Under the pieces are notes generated by a model that worked only from the letters and a program-made list of their open reading frames with translations, was not told the DNA's origin and did not search any database. Positions 41,430 to 54,491 of a DNA stretch of 64,000 nucleotides are shown piece after piece. This DNA comes from Octopus vulgaris. Taxonomy: Eukaryota. The position numbers and the translations under genes are program-made. The DNA is taken from assembly GCA_951406725.2 (NCBI GenBank), contig OX597816.1, positions 34,720,001 through 34,784,000 on the forward strand, given 5' to 3'. Each line of letters starts with the position of its first letter. Positions within the stretch are counted from its first letter, which is position 1.

Positions 41430-41580
41430 ACTGCCTTTTTTTTCGTTCTCTCCATTATTTTCTCTCAATCTTTTCTAGTCACGAGCGTAGACTCGAAACG
41501 TCAGAGACTTTTCCATTCTTCCCGAGCATTAAACTAATACACCTGTTTGTTGTTCCTTCACCTGTTTTCGCTTTTTGTTA
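41430..41580 (+). mobile_element. Short PLE-derived repeat (family of 15081 and 61540)
   Basis: gagcgtagactcgaaacgtc..cccgagcattaaactaatacacctg. Confidence 0.65.
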
Positions 41581-41589
41581 TACACAAAT

Positions 41590-43275
<1,686 letters not shown>

Positions 43276-43934
43276 GACTTCTAGTTGTTACCGAATATAA
43301 ATTATTCAAAAATTGTAAGAGACGGTGTCGAGCTTTGTGTGATATATTTATTAAAAAATGAAAGTACGAATTATATTAATTTTACCCTTTATGTTATCTA
43401 TGACATTTTTAAAAGCCAACAAAACGAATTGCAAAATACACTTTCAGCAATATTTCAGACATTCACATATATATTCATGGCAAATCAGTTGAACAGACCG
43501 ATTGCAATAGGCACAGCATAAAATAGATTTTCGAAGGATTATATATATGTATGTTTCTTTTCTTTCTGTTTGTTGGTTTTTTTTTGTTTTGTTTTGTGTT
43601 TTTTTTCTTTTTTGTAATACGTTTCAATATGTTTAAGAAAAGAACATATTGTACTGAAAGTAGCTCATATATATGGTCAATTTCATACGTAGTTTATATG
43701 CTAAAGAGAAGATCATCATTCGCGGGATCAAAATATTCTGTGAAAATCTTGAATTATCAGATTTATTCACGGTTTTCCCTACTTCTAAACCTTCTTTTAA
43801 TGTCACAATATCTCTCTGCACTATCACAATTATTTACCAATTTTTAGATTTTGTATAGAAACATGATACGAAGTGAACACTATTTAGAAGGTAATACACA
43901 AAATATGCTACATACTCATACAACTCATACAACT

Positions 43935-44212
43935 CTTTCTCTCCCGTCGAAGACGACGTATGAGTGTTCGGCTTTTGCCGAACGACCTGCACAAATGACT
44001 TTCTTATTGTGATGAAATGTTTGTTCCGAACATTAGCTCATTCTCTCCATTAAATCGAAATTATCTGAACAGCTGTACTGTGTACCACGTGTAATGTGTC
44101 GCAAGGATCACGAAGCAGCTTGAGGTGAATTATTTTACTCAAAAACACAACGCACCGCGAAAACACGATCTCTAGATCGTGAGTGCCATACCCTAACCAC
44201 TAAGCCATGCGC
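43935..44212 (-). mobile_element. tRNA-derived SINE (family D-like head)
   Basis: The minus-strand head is gcgcatggcttagtggttagggtatggcactcacgatc. Confidence 0.75.
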
Positions 44213-44250
44213 TCTAATTCTGTGTGTGTGTGTGTGTGTGTGTGCATATA

Positions 44251-44485
44251 TACTTATTTCTTTACTACCCACAATGGGCTAAACACAGAGAGGACAGACA
44301 AGGACAGACAAACGGATTAAGTCGATTATATCGACCCCAGTGCGTAACTGGTACTTATTTAATCGACCCCTAAAGGATGAAAGGCAAAGTCGACCTCGGC
44401 GGAATTTGAACTCAGAACGTAGCGGCAGACGAAATACCGCTAAGCATTTCGCCCGGCGTGCTAACGCTTCTGCCAGCTCGTCGCC
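44251..44485 (-). mobile_element. Full-length SINE family A
   Basis: Head ggcgacgagctggcagaagcgttagc, B-box gagttcaaattcc and core gcctttcatcctttaggggtcgattaaataagtacc. Confidence 0.92.
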
Positions 44486-44599
44486 TATATACTAAAACAC
44501 ACATTCATACATACAGACATACACATATATATAAAAAATATGATAGCCGAAAAGGCTTTTCTCTGATTGTTTTGTATTCTGTATACGTAGTCTACTTAC

Positions 44600-45645
44600 T
44601 AACTGTGCAGCCGGAAGACATTTTCTATTGTTCATTACCATTTCTTGTCTGTTACAACTTTTCATTATTTCTTATTGTACACCCAATATTATTTTGTCCT
44701 ATACTCACATTCGTCAGCTTTTTATTGTAGCTCTATCCTCTGGGACCCCCGTTAGATAACAGTTGCCTTGGATTAAATAACATGAAACCACTATGACGTC
44801 ACGGATACCAGTCGGTGAGAAAGTCAGCTGCGAAAGTTCTTTGTATTGTGTTTTTGTCTCCCTATTCTGTCCGTTATATTTTCTCCTAGTTTTCATCTAT
44901 TTTTTTCTTGCTTTTATGAAATTCATTGCAGCGCAACGTACACCCGCGTGTTTACTGAAATGTAAAATGTCCCTGAATTAGTGCGAATTTTGACTCTTTG
45001 TTCTTTCTCTATTTTTCCAACCCTCCTTAATTGACTTTCTTTGAAACTGTTCTCCCTCCTTCCCTCACTCTCTTACTCATCTACCACTTTCTTTCCCTCT
45101 TTCGTCCCTTAATCCTACCACCACACTTCCTGTATCCTACCAAGTGACCGGTGTCCAGTCAAAGTGGGTCGTTCTTTAACGGCCAGCTGCTGACTCAGCC
45201 AGAAACGATTGTGTTCCGTCCGACAAGGACTTTTACCATTTTTTGCGCTACTTCACTACGTCTCCCTTCGTAGCTAAAATTGTTTTCTGTTTGTATTGTA
45301 TTGTTTTATTATTGTATACGTATAATTATGCCCTCTGCTTATTGTACAGTCGTAGAGCATTTTCTATTGTATATGTACCATTTCTTGTCTGTTCTTGTCC
45401 TTATTTCTTATTGTAAATGCAATGTTAATTTGCTCTGTCCTCACATTCGTCAGCTCATTCCTGTGTCTGTGCTCTGGCATAACCATAACCTTAGCTTAAA
45501 TAGCGTGAAAACACTATGACGTCTCGGATACCAACTGAGGAGAAAATTAGCTGGAAAAGTTCCCTGTATCACTTTTTTGTCTCCCTTTTCTGTCCGCTGT
45601 GTTTTCGCCTGGTTTTCGTCTATTTTCCCTTTTCTGTCTCACATT
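44600..45645 (+). mobile_element. Diverged direct repeats of about 300 bp (PLE pseudo-LTR-like)
   Basis: 44620-44900 versus 45360-45625 share taccatttcttgtctgtt, tcacattcgtcagct and actatgacgtc.cggatacca. Confidence 0.6.
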
Positions 45646-45658
45646 TGAAATATATATA

Positions 45659-46212
45659 CAGGGGTTGGACAAAATAATGGAAACACCTAGCATCCTAGCA
45701 TAATAATTTTGAAATATCTATAAAATCGTCGAAGGCATGTTTATTTTCATGTTTTTTTTTATTATTTATGTTGCTTAATATTATTTGCTAACACTGCTGT
45801 TTCTTTTCAGATATCATCAGAGAAAGGTAGTTAAAATTCCTTAAAATAACAGATTTATTGGACCTTCAAATAGGTGCTCGTATGGCAGGCGCTAGCGTGA
45901 CGACAACAGCCGAAATGTTTGATGTATCAAGAAGTATTGACTCAAAAGTAATGACAGGCTTTAAGACAGAGATGAAAACCCCTCGTTGAAACAAATCTTC
46001 AGAAGAAAACCAAAGCACTCAGATAGGGACCGTCGGACTCTTACGCGAATTGTTAGAGGGGATCACAAAAGTACAGCTCCCAAAATTGCTGCAGAGTTTA
46101 ATAACCACCTCGAGAAACCAGTTTCCACAAAAACTGTACACTGGGAGCTGCATGAAGCCGGATTTCACGGGAGGGCTGAAAAAAGAAAGTCACTTCTTTC
46201 AAAAACAAAGTT
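45659..46212 (+). mobile_element. Tc1-family 5' fragment
   Basis: TA|caggggttggacaaaataatggaaacacc TIR and RKPKHSDRDRRTLTRIV..PVSTKTVHWELHEAGFHGR HTH. Confidence 0.88.
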
Positions 46213-46481
46213 AGGGCATAAGCAACTTATAATGAACCCATTTTGGAAATTTGATACATTAGTGCATCACTGAGAGAAAGGAACCAGGAGAGGCCAAACC
46301 GCGATGTTAGTGTTTGTTACTTTTTTGTTGATCAACGAGTCTCGAAATCACTGTGTAGTGGGGTGGGGTCATGGCTAGTCCTACAATTTTGGAAGTGTTG
46401 GCTGGATATCTGTTACATGATGTCGCTCTATTGTGTGCATATTCGACCATAGCAATTTCAAATTTTATAAAAATTGTAAAT

Positions 46482-46544
46482 ATTATACTGAAGAGACATG
46501 TATGTAAAACTTACATTACTTTTTTCTCGAAACGCGTATATAAT
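46482..46544 (+). ncRNA. Type I hammerhead ribozyme, canonical core
   Basis: attata-CTGAAGA-ga..tc-GAAA-cgcg-TA-tataat: 6-bp stem I, palindromic stem III, GUA site (cut after 46538). Confidence 0.8.
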
Positions 46545-46830
46545 TAATCCTGGTCGTGTTGATTCATTGTTTTTCTCTTTGCCTTCGTAAAAAATGTATG
46601 TTTACCGTCATGGAGATTCTTATAGTAGTAGAAAAGGAATTTTAAACTCCTTTTTCTCATTTCAGTACGTAGGGAAGCAGTTAGCTGAAACCTACTCATA
46701 ATTATGTGGATAATTTTACCTATAGAGGTTACTTTAACATACCGATCTACTTGGTAAAATTGTTAATTAATTAATTAATAAATTTTAACTTTCTATTATT
46801 AATTGAAAATTATATATATATATATATATA

Positions 46831-46939
46831 TTGGCCTGCTCGCTTAGCCAGCGGGGTGGCGTCATTCAAAGGCTAAAACAACGCAAACACATTTTGACCA
46901 GCGATGTGTAATATCTGATGGCCTGGTCGGTCACGTGAT

Positions 46940-46946
<7 letters not shown>
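46831..46946 (+). mobile_element. 5'-truncated SINE tail (as 5561-5680)
   Basis: ttggcctgctcgcttagccagcggggtggcgtc..ggtcggtcacgtgatcacgtga. Confidence 0.85.
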
Positions 46947-47001
<55 letters not shown>

Positions 47002-47065
47002 ATGTGTGTGTGTAAATATATATATAAAGAGAGAGAGAGAGAGAGAGATAGACAGATAGATAGAC

Positions 47066-47139
<74 letters not shown>

Positions 47140-47225
47140 TTATATACACAGACATAATGGAATGTTTACCGGCCGATACCTGTCGATTTTATATCCTCTT
47201 CACTTTCTTATTTGCATATATATAC

Positions 47226-47268
<43 letters not shown>

Positions 47269-47447
47269 TATATAATCATTCTTATATATTATTCAGACTG
47301 TGTTACACCATCTTCCACTATCGCAAACAGTGTTGACAGGTGCAATTCTTTCACAACTGGTGAGAATCATTAGCTTCTTCTTGATAGCAATATATTATTT
47401 CAGTGAATTGTTCTGTATGTAAGTATGTAAATACACACACACACACA

Positions 47448-47485
<38 letters not shown>

Positions 47486-48736
47486 CACACACCATATATA
47501 TATTTATATGTATATATATTATCCATGATGAATAGTTTCCATGATAGATTTGATTTCGAGAAGATAGTAAACTTTAAATCGCAATGTGCACATAACCTTG
47601 CAATTCCTATGTAAATCACACATGACTTTCTCAAAATTGTAGAATTTGAAGAATGCAGTAAATTTAATGAATATTCCATAAGTGCTATTCCGTTGAAATG
47701 GAGATTTTATCAAATCTTATTCATTTGTCACCATGGATTAAATTACGTATGACTTTGTTTAATAGGGAGTGGATGTTGTATCTCATAAATTACCATAAGT
47801 TTTACCCCTGCAAGCTCGAATTCAGTTAGTGCCCAAGAGTAACTTACCTATTTGTTATAAGAACACAATGTCGCGAGTGGGAAAATAATTTCAAATAATA
47901 TTTAGGGAACTGAAAAAATTAACCTGTGGTGCAAGATGCATCAACAATTAGTGATGTAAAAAGTTGTAACTAGAACCAATCCTAAATTCTTGCATACATC
48001 CTGAATTGATCCCATGGATTGTCTCAAGATCAATATGCACCCCACATGAACACAATTTTCCTCATAGAAACCTACAAAAGACTAACTACACCAATCGTAG
48101 ATTTCCCTGTCTACGAAAGAGATCTTCTTGAATTCTACTTTTGCCCTATATGTACATATTCAGAGCAGATCCATCCATGTAAACCTTGCTCGATACTCAT
48201 ATTTTCCTTTCTATATGGGTAATACAAAACATCTTCATTTTATATTTGTATTTATCATTCATATGTTGTGCTATCAAAATTAAGACTTAGACCAAATATG
48301 ATCACCACACCGCAAGCTTTCAATTGATTTGAAATGGTTATATTTACACCTAATTCGTATGACATATAATTTGTCTTAACATATTCATTTTTTTTTCTGA
48401 GTAGTTTCTTGTGTTTGAAGTCAAAATATAAAATATGATAGCAGGATAACGCGAATAAAATTTCTTTTGATATGCTTTAGATTTAGTAACTACTAAATTC
48501 AGCTTGTAGCTTCATCGGAGACGCAAACATAAAATGTAATCTATTTAGAAAAACAATTCCATGTATGTAAACACAGAAAAGCATAGCAAATGAGAATGCA
48601 TACAGGCATGTGAGGGATGAAATTCAAGCTAATATTATGATCAGATTCATTTTAAAGTGTGTATAAATATAAGCATGCTAAAATGTAGAGAAACAGTGAA
48701 AAGAACTGGAAATTTATATGTGTATAAATGTATATG

Positions 48737-48802
<66 letters not shown>

Positions 48803-48804
<2 letters not shown>

Positions 48805-49396
48805 AGTCCATATTTTAAATGTCTTACTTTGGAAAATTGCATTCGGTGGGATTAGTAAAATTTTTGGTAGAAATGACTAATTTTGTCCCTCTTAGCGTGT
48901 GGCATGTATGTATAATAATGCCCTCTATATATAAATTAATATGTTCAATAAGAAAGAATTATTTTCGAAATTTTTTCTTTTATGAGGTTTTTCACGCTAT
49001 CTACCCGATAATTTCTTGTTAAGTTTTCCTTATTAAGAAGTTGTCCTTAATCGCTAAATTTTTATTCCGAAAAAACTTTTCCTTTCCCGAAATGCAATTC
49101 GTAAAAGTCTGCCATTTACCGGATGTAATATATGTAAACCAACCCATGTGCTTCGTTGGAGTCGGTCAGTTAGCTGCTCGGCTTGGACGATGGACGAGAT
49201 GGGTTCGTTTATTTATGATACATCCAGACTTGCTGATGAATACAGAGGTATGAAATCACAGGTGATACAAGTCCATATTTTTAAATGTCTTATTTTGGAA
49301 AATTGCATTCGGTGGGATTAGTGAAATTTTTGGTAGAAATGACTAATTTTGTCCCTCTTAGCGTGTGGCATGTATGTATAATAATGCCCTCTATAT

Positions 49397-49403
<7 letters not shown>
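48803..49403 (+). mobile_element. Retrozyme-like / non-autonomous PLE insertion: 465-nt unit plus about 135-nt terminal direct repeat
   Basis: 48803-48936 is almost identical to 49268-49402, an HHR sits at the junction, and both flanks are (TA)n. Confidence 0.8.
49227..49273 (+). ncRNA. Type I hammerhead ribozyme, canonical core
   Basis: gacttg-CTGATGA-atac-agag-gtat-GAAA-tcac-ag-gtga-TA-caagtc; AUA site, cut between 49267 and 49268. Confidence 0.9.
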
Positions 49404-49462
<59 letters not shown>

Positions 49463-49468
49463 TGTATT

Positions 49469-49859
49469 TATGTATCAAATGAAATAAATGAAAAACAGGA
49501 TACAGAGGATGTTGCGGTACGTATGTTTCGAGCTTTATAGTACAACTTATTGTTACATCAATGCATAATCGACATAACAGATAGTTCAACAGCCCTCTGT
49601 GAAGTTTTACAAACATACATTCCCAATCATACTCGGTTTACCGACCATTATAAACAATACCAAATGTTTTTTTCTCCAACCTTTTATAATGTGATACAAG
49701 TCTTTGGTGTAGCAATTGCATGCGGCTGAAGAGGGATTTTGAACTATCTGTTATGTCGATTATGCATTGATGTAAGAATAAGTTGTTCTATAAAGCTCGA
49801 AACATATGTACCGCAACATCCTCTGTATCCTGTTTTTCATTCATTTCATTTGATACATA
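49469..49859. mobile_element. PLE-type end with 130-bp inverted repeat (49469-49598 / 49730-49859)
   Basis: The arms are near-identical reverse complements, and the right arm carries most of an HHR. Confidence 0.85.
49721..49815 (+). ncRNA. Type I hammerhead ribozyme with long stem II
   Basis: tgcgg-CTGAAGA-ggg..ctc-GAAA-catatg-TA-ccgca; GUA site, cut after 49810. Confidence 0.85.
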
Positions 49860-49950
49860 TATCCTCTCACCTATGCCACTAGCTGACATATACAGAGGCT
49901 TACATTTATCAAGTATTCACCCTGAATTTATATATATATATATATATATA

Positions 49951-50410
49951 TAAGAAAATAGTAAAGTGTGAAAAAATGACAGAAGGCTTAAATGTTAAAA
50001 AATATATATATTTGTGTCAAAATGTCTGGAGAATATTGGAAAAATTTTTTTCCCTTTCCTTAAAATGACATAATTTTAAAATTTTTAAAGAAATTACCGG
50101 TTTCGCGTGTAGCTTTTCAAATTTCTTGTGACGTTATGTTTATATTGCATGGAATTATCGTTGTTTTTATTTCCAGGAGATTTCTAAATAAGGAGAGGTA
50201 GTGAGTGATTTTTTCCGGTGTAGGGGAGATAATCGCTTAAAATTTTTTTTTCCCTTTTCCTTGTTAATTTCTCTGTGTCAGTATGTTCGGATGGTTGAGT
50301 CTGGGTTTGTACTTTTCAATGAAGAATGTTTCCTTGTTCAGTCTCATTTGTGTTGATGATCCGAAAGCACATTGGTAAAATGGGAAGATTAAAAATTGTG
50401 GCAGTAGTTG

Positions 50411-50412
<2 letters not shown>
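49951..50412 (-). mobile_element. Penelope-like element 3' end (GIY-YIG C-terminus plus UTR)
   Basis: The minus strand translates QFLIFPFYQCAFGSSTQMRLNKETFFIEKYKPRLNHPN, the E..FI...KP.LN GIY-YIG end, followed by an HHR. Confidence 0.8.
50088..50127 (-). ncRNA. Minimal hammerhead with U3-A8 core variant
   Basis: Reverse complement reads aagaaat-TTGAAAA-gc-tacac-gc-GAAA-ccgg-TA-atttctt. Confidence 0.7.
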
Positions 50413-50454
<42 letters not shown>

Positions 50455-50457
50455 GTA

Positions 50458-50761
50458 CAAGTACCTGAGCACTCCGCAGACACGTATATCCATAACGTAG
50501 TTTTCGGGGAGATTTTAGCGTGATACAAGTGTGACAAGGCTGGATCTTTGAAATAGAGGTACAACAGGAAAAGAAAGAAAGAGTGAGTGAAAGTTGTGGT
50601 GAAAGAGTACAGTAAAGTTCACCTCAGGCCCACTGCCGGAGCCTCGTTATGCTTTAAGTGTTTTCGCTCAATAGAGACTCAGAACGCCTGTTCTGGGAAG
50701 CCAAACCGTAGTCCTACGACCGCGAGCCCGCTGCCCTAACCACTGTGGCGTTACACCTCCA
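50458..50761 (-). mobile_element. SINE family C, diverged
   Basis: Colinear with 60630-60934. Confidence 0.85.
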
Positions 50762-50779
50762 TATGTGTGCCTGTGTACA

Positions 50780-50822
<43 letters not shown>

Positions 50823-50840
50823 ACATGCATATATAGATGT

Positions 50841-50932
<92 letters not shown>

Positions 50933-50979
50933 GTATATATATATATGTATACATATATGTATATTTATATATATACATA

Positions 50980-51017
<38 letters not shown>

Positions 51018-52029
51018 CATATATCATATGTAAAGCATGTATATCATAGAAAGCCTGCTAATCTACGGTGAGTATATACATACAGACATGTGTTTACAAA
51101 TATATGTATCTGTGTGTGTGTACGTATGTATTTACACATAAACACACCCACAGCCACACACGTCCAAGAACACACATTTACATGTACGCAAAAACACATA
51201 TATCTGGTGAGTATTAATATCCGGATATGTGTATGTGGTTACGTGAACACACATGCGTGTTCACACACTCACAGAGACAAAGCCGGAGTAACGGAGAAGA
51301 AAAGAGAGACATAACGTTTTCTCTTAAAGAATACTTTTTTTCGCAAACTTTCTTGGTTACTACCACAGATATTTCAAAGTATATTTGAAGCCAAAATAGT
51401 ACACAGCGAAGACAGTAAATATTTGTCGTTCGTCTGAATGGCACGAACTATAGTTTATCGATCTTTACAGATTTCTTTTTCTTATTAGTACGGCACGTCA
51501 GCGTGCTATCAAAAAATATAGGTATATTATTGAAGTTACAAATTGGACATTTTAGAAGATCGTGACGTTTTTAAAACAACTTTCAGGTTATTTTTCTTTT
51601 ACTGAAGAAGCTTTCAACTAACTCAAGAAGCTATATATCACATCTCAATTATGATGATTTGCTAGCGTTAGTTTTGCTTTCTCGTTTCCGTTTGCAGCAT
51701 TCTGCTCAACAGCTATATATATATTATATATATATTATATATATAAACATACATACATATATGCGAGCGAATTGCGAAGTTGTATTTTAAATGCAATCAT
51801 GAACATTTAACTTTTCACATACTTAAAATTCTGGAAATGATATAAAATATACTTATTGTTATGAAAAGTTCAAAATTACAAATTTAACTGGAATATCCCC
51901 GAAATATCTATGTATACGTGTGCTTGTGAGAGTTGAATATATATGTACACATACTTAAAATATAAATAAAATATAAATCTGTATATACACATATATGCAT
52001 TTATATATGTATGCATATTCATATGTATG

Positions 52030-52083
<54 letters not shown>

Positions 52084-52147
52084 TGTGTGTGTGTGTGTGT
52101 GTGTGTACGTATGTATGCATTTATATGAGGATATATATATATATACT

Positions 52148-52185
<38 letters not shown>

Positions 52186-52449
52186 TATAGATAGATTAAT
52201 GTAGACACTCTCTGGAATATTATATAAATAATATAGCATTTTAAATTACTTTAGTTTTTCTTGAAGTGCTCTAAATAGAATTAAATGGAAATGTTAGAAC
52301 CCTTGAAATTTATTTAATATCTAGAATATAATCTAAAACCTCATCTGAATATAATTTAAAACATTATCTGAAGACTTAAAATTTAGCGCGCACTGTTTCA
52401 AAAAACAAAAACATATACTTCATTCATAAATATACTCTATCAAAAACCA

Positions 52450-53480
52450 TTTGTTTCGCATTGTGACACGAAAATTTCAAGATTTACATTCGAAATAAGG
52501 ATGCAACATCAGCTTCATGAATTTTTCTATATAACCGCAGTGAGGCCAGAACGCCAGATCATTTGATATCCAATTAATTGCTACCATACTTTATGAAATT
52601 TGTTGTATCTATCCGCGTTCGAAATGCGGTCAGTAATCCACAGTGAGCATGTAGGAGTTTCAAGATATAACAGTCTGTGCACAGTAGCAGTTTCGCTTTT
52701 GTCTCATGATTTCAGTTTATTTGCGTAAGTCCACTGTTCTTTTGTTGGGGATGACAGAACATGGATACAGAGGTTCGATATCGTTCATGTAAAGTCTCCA
52801 GAAAGGAGACATTTTTCCCATTCGAGCATCCTTTATGTTACAATGTTTGTTTTAGTGATGCATAGAAGATTCTCTTTATCTTATTCTGTTGGTGGTGGAG
52901 GTTGCGTCATAATTCTAGATTGTGACATTATTTGCAAAAGCTAAGAGTACACTGAATCCGGTATTCGGACGACGTGTCAGTGTTGATTCTAGAAGCCAGA
53001 GCTCCAAAGAAGAACTAATAAACTGTCCAACGAAGAACAAAAAGCGCATCCATGAAGGTACAAATCATATGTAGAAAACGAAAATTACAATAAATTATAT
53101 AAAATATAATTATAAAGCATAGTAAGACGTAGCTTTTAGTTATAACACATTATAACACGTAATGGCTTATCTAAGCTAATTCTAGCAAAGTCGGAGTGCT
53201 CTGTTAAGCAGATAACTCAAAGTTGATTTTGAGTTCAGATAAATTTATATATCGACCGAGAAGATTAATCCAGCATCTCTTTGCTAACTAGGAGAAAGGA
53301 AATCAAAGATATCTAGTTTCACAGTTGAAAACGAACACTGATTTTGCTCCCTGTTTCCCATCTCTAGCATTATTTTCTAGGCGTAAATGCTGTCCCGTTT
53401 ATAGTACAATTGGAAGCTTACGGAAAACATAAGTGCTAAGACACGCGCTTTACAAAGTGCTATATCATGATAAGTGGTAG
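52450..53480 (+). mobile_element. Possible ancient Tc1 transposase relic
   Basis: GGGGCVII (about 52891) and QDN-like (about 53209) echoes in Tc1 order. Confidence 0.3.
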
Positions 53481-54105
53481 AATAATATAGATCTCGTTGG
53501 GTGTTCTTGGTATGTTGTAAGCTGCGAAATCGATATTGAACACATCCTTTCGCAAGGACATACCTGTATGAGATCTTACGACGAGTTAATCAATAATAAT
53601 CCTGTGTTACTGTATATACATGTGGATTTACTATTTCTGCATTGTGTCCTACGATAGGTCTCTAGAACATGATATTTCTCAACCCACAACGACATACATA
53701 TTTAGTCAACATATAATTGTACACACTTGAGCTGTTTCATATTACACAGAGGTATAAACAATTTCGTTATTCGTACATAAATCTTAACTTCCTCTTATAC
53801 TTTCTACCATAATATGTCAACGAATGTTTTGTATTCACACAAAAACATATCTCATAATTTTGTTTAATTCAAATACTTAATAAATATATCTTGGATATTA
53901 AGACATTAACCCAATTGCTCATATATGACAGTAGACAAATGTGAGTGTCTGTTAGTGTGTATACTGATGTATGTGAATGCATAAACGAATAAATATATGT
54001 GCGTGTGTTTGTATACAAACATGTATATATATACACGCATATATATATATAAACACACAAACAAACACACACACACACACACACATACACACACACACAC
54101 ACACA

Positions 54106-54145
<40 letters not shown>

Positions 54146-54491
54146 ATGTGGATTCAAGTAATTCGGTAGCACTCATAAGAAGCTCCTTAATGTATCATTC
54201 CGTAACTCATAGAGTATGTAACACCATACAAAAGGAAACGATGGAGTGTAACAAATCAAAAAATGACAGAGAAATAGTTTCTATTTCTCTATCATTTTGA
54301 ACTTATATATTTATATACAACTATATATATACATATATATGTACACACACACACATATATATATATATACACATATATACATATATTTATATAAATTTAT
54401 ATATACATATACATATATAAATATACATGTAAATATACATATATATACACATGCATATAAATAAATAAATAAATAAATAAACATATATATA

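Noticed and set aside
47560-48500. Possible further PLE RT relic
   Set aside because: Motif echoes are too faint to support without a profile search.
48819-49482. Duplicated ORF MSYFGKLHSVGLVKF...
   Set aside because: It arises from the terminal direct repeat of the HHR unit; the two copies diverge into unrelated or microsatellite sequence and resemble no known protein.
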